Assembly (NCBI GenBank): GCA_964498245.1
Contig: CAZCGK010000001.1
Span: 36,581 to 100,580, forward strand
From: an uncultured archaeon
GTDB lineage: Archaea > Aenigmatarchaeota > Aenigmatarchaeia > QMZP01
Direction of reading: 5' to 3'
DNA length: 64,000 bases
How positions within the stretch are numbered: position 1 is the first letter of the stretch; each line of letters starts with the position of its first letter. A model generated the notes under the pieces. The model saw only the letters and a program-made list of their open reading frames with translations. It made no database searches and was not told where the DNA came from. Position numbers and translations under genes: made by a program. Positions 19,681 to 28,508 of this stretch are shown one piece after another.

Positions 19681-20554
19681 ACCTCAGGTCCAGGCTTTTC
19701 GCATAGTCCAGAACTTCAGCAAATTCCTCCTCGCTCAAGCATCTGGAAATCTCGGGAAAGTTTTTTGCCTTATATTCTGGTCTGTACTGAGACATGATGT
19801 TAACTATAACCTGTTTTCCGAAGTTTTCGGAAATAAAATCAAGAACAGGTTTTGAACAGCACTGTATGTGCCCGGGCAAAACTAAGTGCCTTATCACAAG
19901 GTCCGAATCGTGAAAAGCAAGAATGTGATTTCTCTTCACAACTTCCATATAATTCTTAACCCCAGAAAGCCTCCATGCGCATTTGTTGTTTCCGTATTTG
20001 AAATCACTGAGATAGAGGTCTATTGTGCCTTTCAGCAAAGATAGAGATTTTTCTGACATATAGAAATTGGAATTCCAGATAACGGGTATATCTGATTTCA
20101 CAAATTTTAGGGTTTTCAGAATAAAGGGAAGATAGGGTGTTGGTTCACCTCCGACAAAGTTTACATTTTTGCATCCACAGGAATCTATATACAAGGCAAG
20201 CTCTCTTTCCGATACCTCTTTTGGTCTTTCGAATCTCTGCGATATGGTCCAGTTCTGGCAGAAAACACAGGCAAATGTGCATGACCAGAAGAAAACCGTG
20301 AAGCTCGGTACAAGGAAATATTCCTCACCCCAGTGGGAAAACATGGAAGAAACAAGCATTTTGTTTGGAACCTTACACCAGCCGGTTTTGCCCTGAGTTC
20401 TGTCAACACCACATTTTCTCTCGCACAGACAGCATTTTTTCAAAACATTTGAAGCTTCTTTTATTTTGCTTTCCAGGTTTTCCAGATTTTTGAACTTTGG
20501 TTTCGATTTTCCGGAAACTACTGCTTCGTAATGCTCTAAGGGTTTTCTCATCAT
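19670..20554 (-). CDS. Radical SAM protein, PflX-like
   Basis: CCLCERKC, CTFACVFCQN, GGEPTP, RHLVLPG. Confidence 0.9.
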   Translation of the reverse strand: MMRKPLEHYEAVVSGKSKPKFKNLENLESKIKEASNVLKKCCLCERKCGVDRTQGKTGWCKVPNKMLVSSMFSHWGEEYFLVPSFTVFFWSCTFACVFCQNWTISQRFERPKEVSERELALYIDSCGCKNVNFVGGEPTPYLPFILKTLKFVKSDIPVIWNSNFYMSEKSLSLLKGTIDLYLSDFKYGNNKCAWRLSGVKNYMEVVKRNHILAFHDSDLVIRHLVLPGHIQCCSKPVLDFISENFGKQVIVNIMSQYRPEYKAKNFPEISRCLSEEEFAEVLDYAKSLDLRFIH

Positions 20555-21426
20555 CGTTTTATTTCATTTTTTATAAATTCCATTATATTTCTTGCTACAT
20601 TGATATTGGTTGCCTTTTCTATTTCCTGAATACCGGGGTTTATATTCACTTCTATAACATGGATTCCATTTTTGCTTTCTATCATATCCACAGCACATAT
20701 TCTGGACTTTATGGCTTCTGCACATTTAAAACATATCTCCTCCATTTCTGATGTTAGCTTGTATGCAACTCCCCTTCCTCCAGCTTTTATATTTGCTCTC
20801 TTTTCCTCTGGAGATGCTATTCTTTTGAAGGAACCTATTATCTCATCCCCAGCAACTATTCCTCTTATATCCTCTCCAGGATTGGGAACGAATTTCTCTA
20901 TCAGAACTTCCTGTTTCAGGGTGTTCATTGTTTCTATTAAAGATTTTGCGGCTTCCTTGCTTTCTATCACCATCACACCCTTTCCACCAAAACCTGCAAG
21001 AAGCTTTATCATTAAGGGAAGTTTCTGTTTTTCTATTATTTTCATTGCAGATTCCTTTGAACCTGTTAGGTAGGTTTCCGGAACCTTTATTCCGTGTTTT
21101 ACAAGCTGTTCCAAGGTAAGAAACTTGTTGTGTGCGATATGAATGGTTTCAGCTGGATAGGGTTTCCTAACGCCAAGATCATCGAGAAATCTTATCACAG
21201 GATAGCCTATGATTGCACGTTTGGAGTCAATTCTTGGAAGGACATAATCGAATTTGGACATATCCGTTTTTTCGTAAAAAGCACCAAGACCGTTGTCTAC
21301 CCTTAACTGAATGCTAACGAGGGGTATATACTTTGCATTGAATCCTGCATTTTTTGCTTCTGCTATCAATCGCTTTGTGGTGTAGCCTATAAATTTCTGT
21401 GTTGGGCCGAGAATTGCAAGTTTCAT
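20551..21426 (-). CDS. RimK/LysX family ATP-grasp ligase
   Basis: GFGGKGV, GEDIR, RANI..GG, AVD, IEVNINPG. Confidence 0.9.
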   Translation of the reverse strand: MKLAILGPTQKFIGYTTKRLIAEAKNAGFNAKYIPLVSIQLRVDNGLGAFYEKTDMSKFDYVLPRIDSKRAIIGYPVIRFLDDLGVRKPYPAETIHIAHNKFLTLEQLVKHGIKVPETYLTGSKESAMKIIEKQKLPLMIKLLAGFGGKGVMVIESKEAAKSLIETMNTLKQEVLIEKFVPNPGEDIRGIVAGDEIIGSFKRIASPEEKRANIKAGGRGVAYKLTSEMEEICFKCAEAIKSRICAVDMIESKNGIHVIEVNINPGIQEIEKATNINVARNIMEFIKNEIKR

Positions 21427-21440
21427 AACAAATATTGGTG

Positions 21441-21725
21441 TTATTTAATAAAACTCTTTTCTTTCACTATTTCTTCTGGCTTCGCTTCCAGCATGGCCTT
21501 TATTTCTTCAAGCTCTATCTCTATTTCCTTTGAAAGCCTTGCTCTATCCCATCGGGTCAGGGTTCTTTCCTCAAGAATTCTGAGCTTTTCTTCTGTTCTG
21601 TCCAGTTTTTCGAGAAGAATGTGCCTGACGGGTTTTTCCTTTTTGAGGGTTTTTTCTCTGAGCCTGTCCCATTTTTTTCTTAATTTTCTTAATTTTCTCT
21701 GCCATCCAAAAAACAGGGAAAACAT
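21441..21725 (-). CDS. Hypothetical basic helical protein
   Basis: 94-aa ORF overlapping rbcL stop, co-oriented. Confidence 0.7.
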   Translation of the reverse strand: MFSLFFGWQRKLRKLRKKWDRLREKTLKKEKPVRHILLEKLDRTEEKLRILEERTLTRWDRARLSKEIEIELEEIKAMLEAKPEEIVKEKSFIK

Positions 21726-22951
21726 TATTTCACTCTTCTGCTCCAGTGAATGAGAGCTGTGTGAAGTTCTGGATGCGTTCTGGCGTGTGTTTTGAGTGGT
21801 ATACCTTTCATCACGGCATCCAGGGCCTGTCTTATTGCCCTGGCTCCTGCTTCAGGCCCTTGTGGATGACCCCACAGGCCTCCACCGCAGGTAAAGATTA
21901 TATCCTTTCCTAAAAGCTTTACAAGAGAAGGTATCAGTCCTGGATGCAGACCTCCTGAAGCTACTGGAAAAACCCTCTTCAAACCATGCCATTTTGCTCT
22001 CAGGAATGAATCTATCTCCTGAACCTCTCTTTTACTTCCTTCCATTTTTCCAACTGCTGTTCCTGTATGCAAGGCTGTCACACCAGCAAGTCTTGCGAAT
22101 TTGGCTATAACCTTCATGGAAATTCCGTGTTCAGGGTCTCTTGTAAATGCAGCGTGCATTGCCCTGTGAGCATGAATGGCCAAGCCTAATTTTTGATTTC
22201 TCATGAACTGAAGAGCGGACCAGCCAGAGGTTATGATATCTATCATTATACATTTCCCTCCCTGCGCCTTTATCATCTCTGCTCTTTCAAGCATGACATC
22301 TGCAGGGGCTGTTATATTGCATGCATATATCACTGTCCTGCCTTCCTCGGATTTTATCCTGTCAACAACATCGAGCATTCTCACAACTCTTTCTTCGAAT
22401 TTGCTAAAAGGCATTGAGGTCAGGTTTTCATCGTCTTTTGTATAATCTATGCCTGCTGAATATACTCTGTAGGCAAGCTCTGCCTGTTCTTTGGGTGTTA
22501 GACCCAGTTTAGGCTTGAATATGGTTCCTGCTATGGGTCTGTTTCTGATTTTCATGATTCTTCGCAGATCTTCCATGCCTATTTCAGGTCCGGGAAAGCT
22601 TTTTGCAAGCTTTTTCGGAATGTGAACATCTTCGAGCCTTAAGCTCTCGACAAGCTTCATACCGAAAATGTTTCCTGCTACAGAGCTCAGAATCTGTGAA
22701 ATATTGCCTGGTTCGAAAAGTTCTGCAGGATATGCTATTTTTATTCTTCTTCCCTTTATCTCAAAAACCCTTGCGGATATTCTTTCTATTCTCTTCTTCC
22801 AGGTTTTAAGTTCTGTCCAGGTTCCTGTTGAGCTTTCTAATGCAATGTTTTCAGCGACTTTTTTTATGGAAATGCCTTTGGCTGGTTTCACATAGAAATC
22901 GCAGATCAGATCGTTTTTGCTTGGTTTGTAACTTAGATCGAGATAGTGCAT
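21725..22951 (-). CDS. rbcL: RuBisCO large subunit, form III
   Basis: ESSTGTW, KPKLG, KDDEN, HAHRAMH, GKME, SGG, GGG catalytic motifs intact. Confidence 0.95.
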   Translation of the reverse strand: MHYLDLSYKPSKNDLICDFYVKPAKGISIKKVAENIALESSTGTWTELKTWKKRIERISARVFEIKGRRIKIAYPAELFEPGNISQILSSVAGNIFGMKLVESLRLEDVHIPKKLAKSFPGPEIGMEDLRRIMKIRNRPIAGTIFKPKLGLTPKEQAELAYRVYSAGIDYTKDDENLTSMPFSKFEERVVRMLDVVDRIKSEEGRTVIYACNITAPADVMLERAEMIKAQGGKCIMIDIITSGWSALQFMRNQKLGLAIHAHRAMHAAFTRDPEHGISMKVIAKFARLAGVTALHTGTAVGKMEGSKREVQEIDSFLRAKWHGLKRVFPVASGGLHPGLIPSLVKLLGKDIIFTCGGGLWGHPQGPEAGARAIRQALDAVMKGIPLKTHARTHPELHTALIHWSRRVK

Positions 22952-23091
22952 GGTTAAATATTTTCATGGTGATTAAAATATATTTTTGGATATAACAATG
23001 TTATACAGTAAGTACTCGAAGTAATCATTTAAATATCAATTTTTATACTCAAATCTCCATAAATCATTCAATTAAAATTCAGGCGTTTCTT

Positions 23092-24339
23092 ATGGTAGAA
23101 ATAACCTTTCTCGGTGGAACAAGAGAAGTGGGCAGGATGGGTATACTCCTGGAAACCTCTGGAAAGAGGATACTCTGGGAGTATGGTGTGAACGTTCAGA
23201 CAATGGATGTTCCGAAAAAAGCGGAACTGCCTCTTGATGCTGTTTTTGTTACCCATGCTCACTTGGATCATTCTGGTTATCTTCCTGCCCTGTATAAAGA
23301 AGGTTATGAGGGTTCTGTTTGCGCGACTTCTGTAACGTTTGATTTGATGTCCCTCCTTCTCCGTGATGCCTTAAAGGTTCAGAGTAAAAGGGGATTAAAG
23401 CTCCTTTTTATGCCCCATGACATAGAGAAAATGGAAAGGCTTAAAAGGATTGTCAGATTTGGAGAGGAGATAGAAATAGGCGATGCTCTGATTACGGTGC
23501 ACAATGCAGGTCATATCCCAGGAGCGGTTTCCTTTGTGCTTGAGGCAGAAGGAAAGAGAATTCTCTATACCGGTGATATAAAATTCCTTGACACCCGTCT
23601 TGTTTCAGGTGCTGAGCCACATTTTAAAGATATAGATATTGTGATAACGGAATGCACGTATTCTTATAAAAACCATCCTGACAGGGAAAAGCTCATAGAT
23701 AGGATAAGGGAAATTGCACAGGAAACCGTATACAATAATGGCATACTTCTTCTTCCATGTTTTGCTGTGGGCAGAACGCAGGAGCTCTTGATAAATCTTT
23801 ATGATTTGGGTCTTCCGATATATCTGGATGGAATGGGAATAGATGCAACAGAAATCATACTCAACCATCCTGAATATATAAAGAATCCTTCTGAACTAAG
23901 AAAAGCCTTCAGCAAGGCAAGAAAGGTGGTAAGACCAAGGGATAGAAACGAGGCTGTGCACAATGCGTGCATAATAATCACTACAGCGGGTATGATGAAC
24001 GGTGGGCCTGTGAGCTTTTACATGAAAAAACTTCATAACAAGGAGAATTGCTCTCTTGTCACCACAGGTTACATGGTTGAGGGCACTGTTGGAAGAACTC
24101 TGATGGACACAGGCAGATATATTGCGGATGGTCTGGATGTCAGACCGAAAATGCATATGGAATTCCTTGATCTCTCTGCACACACGGATCACGACCACAT
24201 TGTTAGGTTCCTGGAAAAACTCTCTCCGGAAAAAATATTTCTTGTTCACGGAGAACACAATCCTGAATTTGAAAAGGAGCTGAAAAGCATGGGGTTTGAT
24301 GCATATTCTCCTGAAATAGGAGAAAAGATGAGGGTTTGA
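23092..24339 (+). CDS. Beta-CASP metallo-beta-lactamase ribonuclease
   Basis: HAHLDH, AGHIPG, GRTQE, SAH, VHGE. Confidence 0.92.
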   Translation: MVEITFLGGTREVGRMGILLETSGKRILWEYGVNVQTMDVPKKAELPLDAVFVTHAHLDHSGYLPALYKEGYEGSVCATSVTFDLMSLLLRDALKVQSKRGLKLLFMPHDIEKMERLKRIVRFGEEIEIGDALITVHNAGHIPGAVSFVLEAEGKRILYTGDIKFLDTRLVSGAEPHFKDIDIVITECTYSYKNHPDREKLIDRIREIAQETVYNNGILLLPCFAVGRTQELLINLYDLGLPIYLDGMGIDATEIILNHPEYIKNPSELRKAFSKARKVVRPRDRNEAVHNACIIITTAGMMNGGPVSFYMKKLHNKENCSLVTTGYMVEGTVGRTLMDTGRYIADGLDVRPKMHMEFLDLSAHTDHDHIVRFLEKLSPEKIFLVHGEHNPEFEKELKSMGFDAYSPEIGEKMRV

Positions 24340-24386
24340 TATAAATTTTGCCTTGATTGTTCGAAAGCAAGCTTTTCGATTTACTC

Positions 24387-25055
24387 TCACTTTAGTGGAT
24401 TAAAAGTGTCCGATTGATATTTTTGTTCCACCCGATGCCTCTTTGTTTGATAAAGTGCTTTGTCCGCTGTTTTCAGAACCTCCGGGGTATACTCTTCAAA
24501 CACACCGACCCCCATGCTCAGGCTTATATTTTCAATATCTCTTAACACTTCTTCTGAATGTGGATATTTTTTCATTCTCCACAGTCTTTTGAGAGTCTTC
24601 TTCAGATTATCTTTTTCTCTTTCAACATATTCTGTTATCCTCTCCATTACATAGGGTATATTTTCTGGTTTTATGTCTTTGAGAAGCACGATCATTTCAT
24701 CACCACCATATCTTCCTGTGAAAGCCTCTGTGAAAAGCTTATCCTGACCTCGAGAGATTCTTGTGCTTCCTTTTAATGCTCTGGCTATTCTTTTCAGTAC
24801 ATGATCGCCTGCTTTATGACCGTAGGTATCATTGATTTTCTTGAAGTTGTCCACATCTATGAATAAAAGCGCATAATTACCCCTTTCCAAGCTCTTCAGT
24901 TCATTTTCAAGGGCTCTCCTGTTATTCAGGCCTGTAAGCGGGTCCTTGTATGCTAATTCTTCCAGCTCTTTCGCATATCTGGCAAGCTCTTTCGCATATT
25001 CACGAAGGTCCTCTGGCCCTAATACATCTATCTCGCTTTCTTTCAGTATCCTCAT
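24387..25055 (-). CDS. GGDEF-domain diguanylate cyclase
   Basis: DPLTGLNNRR, FIDVDNFKKINDTYGHKAGD, RYGGDEM, SMGV, ADKALY. Confidence 0.9.
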   Translation of the reverse strand: MRILKESEIDVLGPEDLREYAKELARYAKELEELAYKDPLTGLNNRRALENELKSLERGNYALLFIDVDNFKKINDTYGHKAGDHVLKRIARALKGSTRISRGQDKLFTEAFTGRYGGDEMIVLLKDIKPENIPYVMERITEYVEREKDNLKKTLKRLWRMKKYPHSEEVLRDIENISLSMGVGVFEEYTPEVLKTADKALYQTKRHRVEQKYQSDTFNPLK

Positions 25056-25153
25056 ATTGAATTAATTAACTGCAAGCGATAACTTTAAATTAGTATCGTT
25101 CCCTTGAGCGCTGTTATGATTTATTAAAAATGCATTAATCAAATATTTTTCTC

Positions 25154-26182
25154 ATGATAGATATTGACGGTTCATATCTTGAAGGCGGGGGTCAAATACT
25201 CAGAACATCTGTCGCTCTTTCCTGTGTAACCGGAAAACCGGTGAGGGTTTTCAGCATCAGAGCGAACAGGCCGCAACCGGGATTAAAAGCACAGCATCTT
25301 CAGAGTATAAAAGCTGCTGCTAAGCTGTGCAATGCAAAGGTTTCCGGTCTTTTTCTGGGATCGGAGAAAATAGAATTTGTTCCAGGAGAAATACAAGGAG
25401 GCTCTCTTTCTATAAATGTGGGCACTGCTGGTTCAATAGGCTTGGTTCTTCAAACCCTCATGATACCTGCGATACATGCGAAAAAGCCTGTGGAACTGCA
25501 TATAACAGGGGGAACGGATGTTTCATGGTCACCGTCCGTGGGCTTTATCCAGCACGTAAAGCTTCCTCTGCTTGAAAAAATGGGTTATTCTGGAAGACTT
25601 GCTCTAGAAAAAAGAGGTTACTATCCGAAAGGTGGAGGGAGGATAGCAATGGTTATAGAACCTGGAAGGCTTAGAGAAATAAACCTTACGGAGCAGGGAA
25701 AGCCCGAATGCGTTCATGGCATTTCCCATGCTTCGCAAAACCTCAAAAAGGCTTCAGTGGCGGAAAGGCAGGCAAAGGCAGCGAGGGATATAGTTTTTAA
25801 AAGATTTGAGCTTTCTCCTGATATAGAAAAGCAATACTGCGATACGCTCTGCGCTGGTTCTGGTATGGATTTATGGATTAAAACCAGCAATACAGTTATG
25901 GGTTCAACCTCTCTCGGAAAACCCGGAAAGAGAGCCGAGCTTGTGGGAAGGGAGGCCGCAGAGTTTCTTGTAAAGCAGTTTGATTCCGGTGCGTGTGTTG
26001 ATGAGCACATGGGAGATCAGATCATACCTTACATGGCTCTGGCAGGAAAATCTTGCATAACGGTTCCGGAAATAACAGGTCACATCAAAACAAACATCTG
26101 GGTTACTGAAAGGTTTTTACCGGTAAAGTTCGAAATCGAAAAAATCAGAGCATGTTATGCCATAAGATGCAGATCACTTTAG
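25154..26182 (+). CDS. rtcA: RNA 3'-terminal phosphate cyclase
   Basis: EGGGQILR, IRANRPQPGLKAQH, GGTDV, RGYYPKGGG, H.KTN. Confidence 0.96.
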   Translation: MIDIDGSYLEGGGQILRTSVALSCVTGKPVRVFSIRANRPQPGLKAQHLQSIKAAAKLCNAKVSGLFLGSEKIEFVPGEIQGGSLSINVGTAGSIGLVLQTLMIPAIHAKKPVELHITGGTDVSWSPSVGFIQHVKLPLLEKMGYSGRLALEKRGYYPKGGGRIAMVIEPGRLREINLTEQGKPECVHGISHASQNLKKASVAERQAKAARDIVFKRFELSPDIEKQYCDTLCAGSGMDLWIKTSNTVMGSTSLGKPGKRAELVGREAAEFLVKQFDSGACVDEHMGDQIIPYMALAGKSCITVPEITGHIKTNIWVTERFLPVKFEIEKIRACYAIRCRSL

Positions 26183-26992
26183 AAACCTCTCCAGTCCTGA
26201 CTTCTCTTTACTGCCGATCACTTCATCGAGATTCAAAACCATTCCATCCTTCGCTGCAATGGTTCTTATTCCTGTATTTTCCTCTATTTCCTTTGCTTCC
26301 CTCTCTGCTTTACCAAAAAGCATTTTCATGCCGAAATGCTGGAGTATGGCGAGTTTGGGTTTTGCTTTTCTGATAAGATCTTCTGCCTGTCCAGCGTTCA
26401 TATGACCCGGCCATGTATCTTCCCTGGGTCTTAAACAGTTCAAAACCAGACAGTCGCATCCCTGAAAATATTTTTCTTGGCCTGAGTAATACTCACCGTC
26501 TCCGGTATAGCCTATTTTTCTGCTACCCTCAAAAACAAATCCAAGACCATCCTCATCCCTGTGTTTTGTTGGTGTTGAGGTTATACGTAAAGAATTCCAT
26601 TCAAAAATATCTCCGGGTTTCATGCTCTTGTACCTTTCCACAACGCTTAAATGATAATTGGAAACCTTTTGCGGCTCCTTTTCATCACCGTGAATTACGG
26701 CAGGAGTTGAGATCAGAAAGCCTTTCCTTTTCTTTGCTCCATAGGTCATGGCCTCGATAACGACCTCCACATCAGTATAATGGTCAGGATGTCTGTGCGA
26801 TACCACAACTCCTGTGAGCTTTTTAAGATCAAAACCATGCTGTTTTGCTCTGACAAGTGAACCAGGACCCGGGTCGATGTAAATCATTTCCCCATCCATT
26901 TCCAGTATCCAGCCACACGTGCCTATGAGCTGGCTCAGGGTAACATACCTTCCTCCACCCACTCCGAGAAAGATAAGCCTTGCCATATTCAT
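26174..26992 (-). CDS. MBL-fold metallo-hydrolase
   Basis: FLGVGGGR, DPGPG, SHRHPDH, TGD. Confidence 0.88.
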   Translation of the reverse strand: MNMARLIFLGVGGGRYVTLSQLIGTCGWILEMDGEMIYIDPGPGSLVRAKQHGFDLKKLTGVVVSHRHPDHYTDVEVVIEAMTYGAKKRKGFLISTPAVIHGDEKEPQKVSNYHLSVVERYKSMKPGDIFEWNSLRITSTPTKHRDEDGLGFVFEGSRKIGYTGDGEYYSGQEKYFQGCDCLVLNCLRPREDTWPGHMNAGQAEDLIRKAKPKLAILQHFGMKMLFGKAEREAKEIEENTGIRTIAAKDGMVLNLDEVIGSKEKSGLERFLK

Positions 26993-28452
26993 GCCCCTGT
27001 AACCTTTACTCCTCCCTTTACATCTTCCAGAATTATTCCTTTTTTTCTCAGCCTATCTCTTATCTCATCCGCTTCTTTCCAAGCTTTCATTCTCCTGTAT
27101 TTTTCCCTTTCAATCACAAGTTTCTCGATTTCCTTATCAGGCTTTACATCATGATAGCTTATTGTATACTTCTCTCCATCTATATCCACAATCTTCTCCG
27201 CATGTGTTTTTGAAATCTTATCAAGTCCTAAACCCAACACAGAATCAAACCTAAGCATAAGCCTGTAAACCCTTTTCGCATCTTCCGTGCTCATCTCTTT
27301 TCTGGAAAGAAAGGTGTTTATTTCGCTAATCATTTCAAACACGAAAGGCAAAGCCTCAGGCATGTTAAGGTCATCATCCAGCGAGGTTTCAAAACCTCTT
27401 CGGGCTTTCTCTATTATCCTATCAACTTCCGGATTATTATTTCCTTCATGTCTGTAATCGAGAATGTCCTGAACAAATCTTTTCAAGCTTTTAACCGTGT
27501 TTTCTGCGGATTTGAGAGCTTTCTCAGTGAAATTCAGTTTTGCTCTATAGTGGGCTGAAAGCAGGAGGTATCTTATTGCCATGGGTTCATATCCCTTGGC
27601 AAGCAAATCTCTGAGGGTGAAGAAGTTTCCCAGGGACTTTGACATTTTTCTTCCTTCAACAAGCAAGTGCTCATTATGAAGCCAGTAACGCACGAATGGT
27701 TTTCCTGTTTTTGCCTCGCTCTGCGCGATCTCGTTTTCATGATGAGGGAAAATCAGATCAACACCTCCTGTGTGAATATCAAAGGTCTCTCCTAAATATT
27801 TTGTGCTCATAACTGAGCACTCTATATGCCAGCCCGGTCTTCCCTTGCCTATATCGGTCTCCCAGTAAACATCTCCGTCTTCTTCATCCCAGAACTTCCA
27901 CAGGGCAAAATCATGCGCATGCTCCTTATCATATTCATCCTGTTTTACCCTTGCCCCTGCCTTGAGATTTTTCACATTTATGCCTGAGAGTTTTCCGTAA
28001 TCAGGAAATTTCCTTATGCTAAAGTATATTCCATCCTCGCTCCGGTACGCAAAGCCTTTTTCCATCAGAACCTTCACGAATTCCACGATTTCTTCTATAT
28101 GCTCTGTGGCTCGGGGATAGATTGTTGCAGGGCGTATGTTAAGGGTTCTTATATCCTCGAAAAATGCTTTTGCATATCGTTCTGTAAACTCTTTGAGGCT
28201 TATTCCTTCCCTTCTCGAACCACGTATGGTTTTATCATCCACATCCGTGAGGTTCATGACCTGCATAACTCTGTAACCTTTATACTCTAAATACCTTCTG
28301 AGGATGTCTGCAAATATATATGACCTGAAGTTTCCTATGTGAGCATAATCGTAAACAGTAGGTCCGCAGTTGTACATTCTGACCTCTCCCTCTTTCAAGG
28401 GCCTGAATTCCTCCTTTCTTTTCGTCAGTGTGTTGTAAAATCTCAGGCTCAT
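26989..28452 (-). CDS. cysS: Cysteine--tRNA ligase
   Basis: CGPTVY, HIGN, GRPGWHIECS, KMSKS. Confidence 0.97.
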   Translation of the reverse strand: MSLRFYNTLTKRKEEFRPLKEGEVRMYNCGPTVYDYAHIGNFRSYIFADILRRYLEYKGYRVMQVMNLTDVDDKTIRGSRREGISLKEFTERYAKAFFEDIRTLNIRPATIYPRATEHIEEIVEFVKVLMEKGFAYRSEDGIYFSIRKFPDYGKLSGINVKNLKAGARVKQDEYDKEHAHDFALWKFWDEEDGDVYWETDIGKGRPGWHIECSVMSTKYLGETFDIHTGGVDLIFPHHENEIAQSEAKTGKPFVRYWLHNEHLLVEGRKMSKSLGNFFTLRDLLAKGYEPMAIRYLLLSAHYRAKLNFTEKALKSAENTVKSLKRFVQDILDYRHEGNNNPEVDRIIEKARRGFETSLDDDLNMPEALPFVFEMISEINTFLSRKEMSTEDAKRVYRLMLRFDSVLGLGLDKISKTHAEKIVDIDGEKYTISYHDVKPDKEIEKLVIEREKYRRMKAWKEADEIRDRLRKKGIILEDVKGGVKVTGA

Positions 28453-28508
28453 AATTTTCCTTATTGCCAATGGAAACTTAAAAGCTTCTTAGACAAAAAA
28501 TTAAAATC

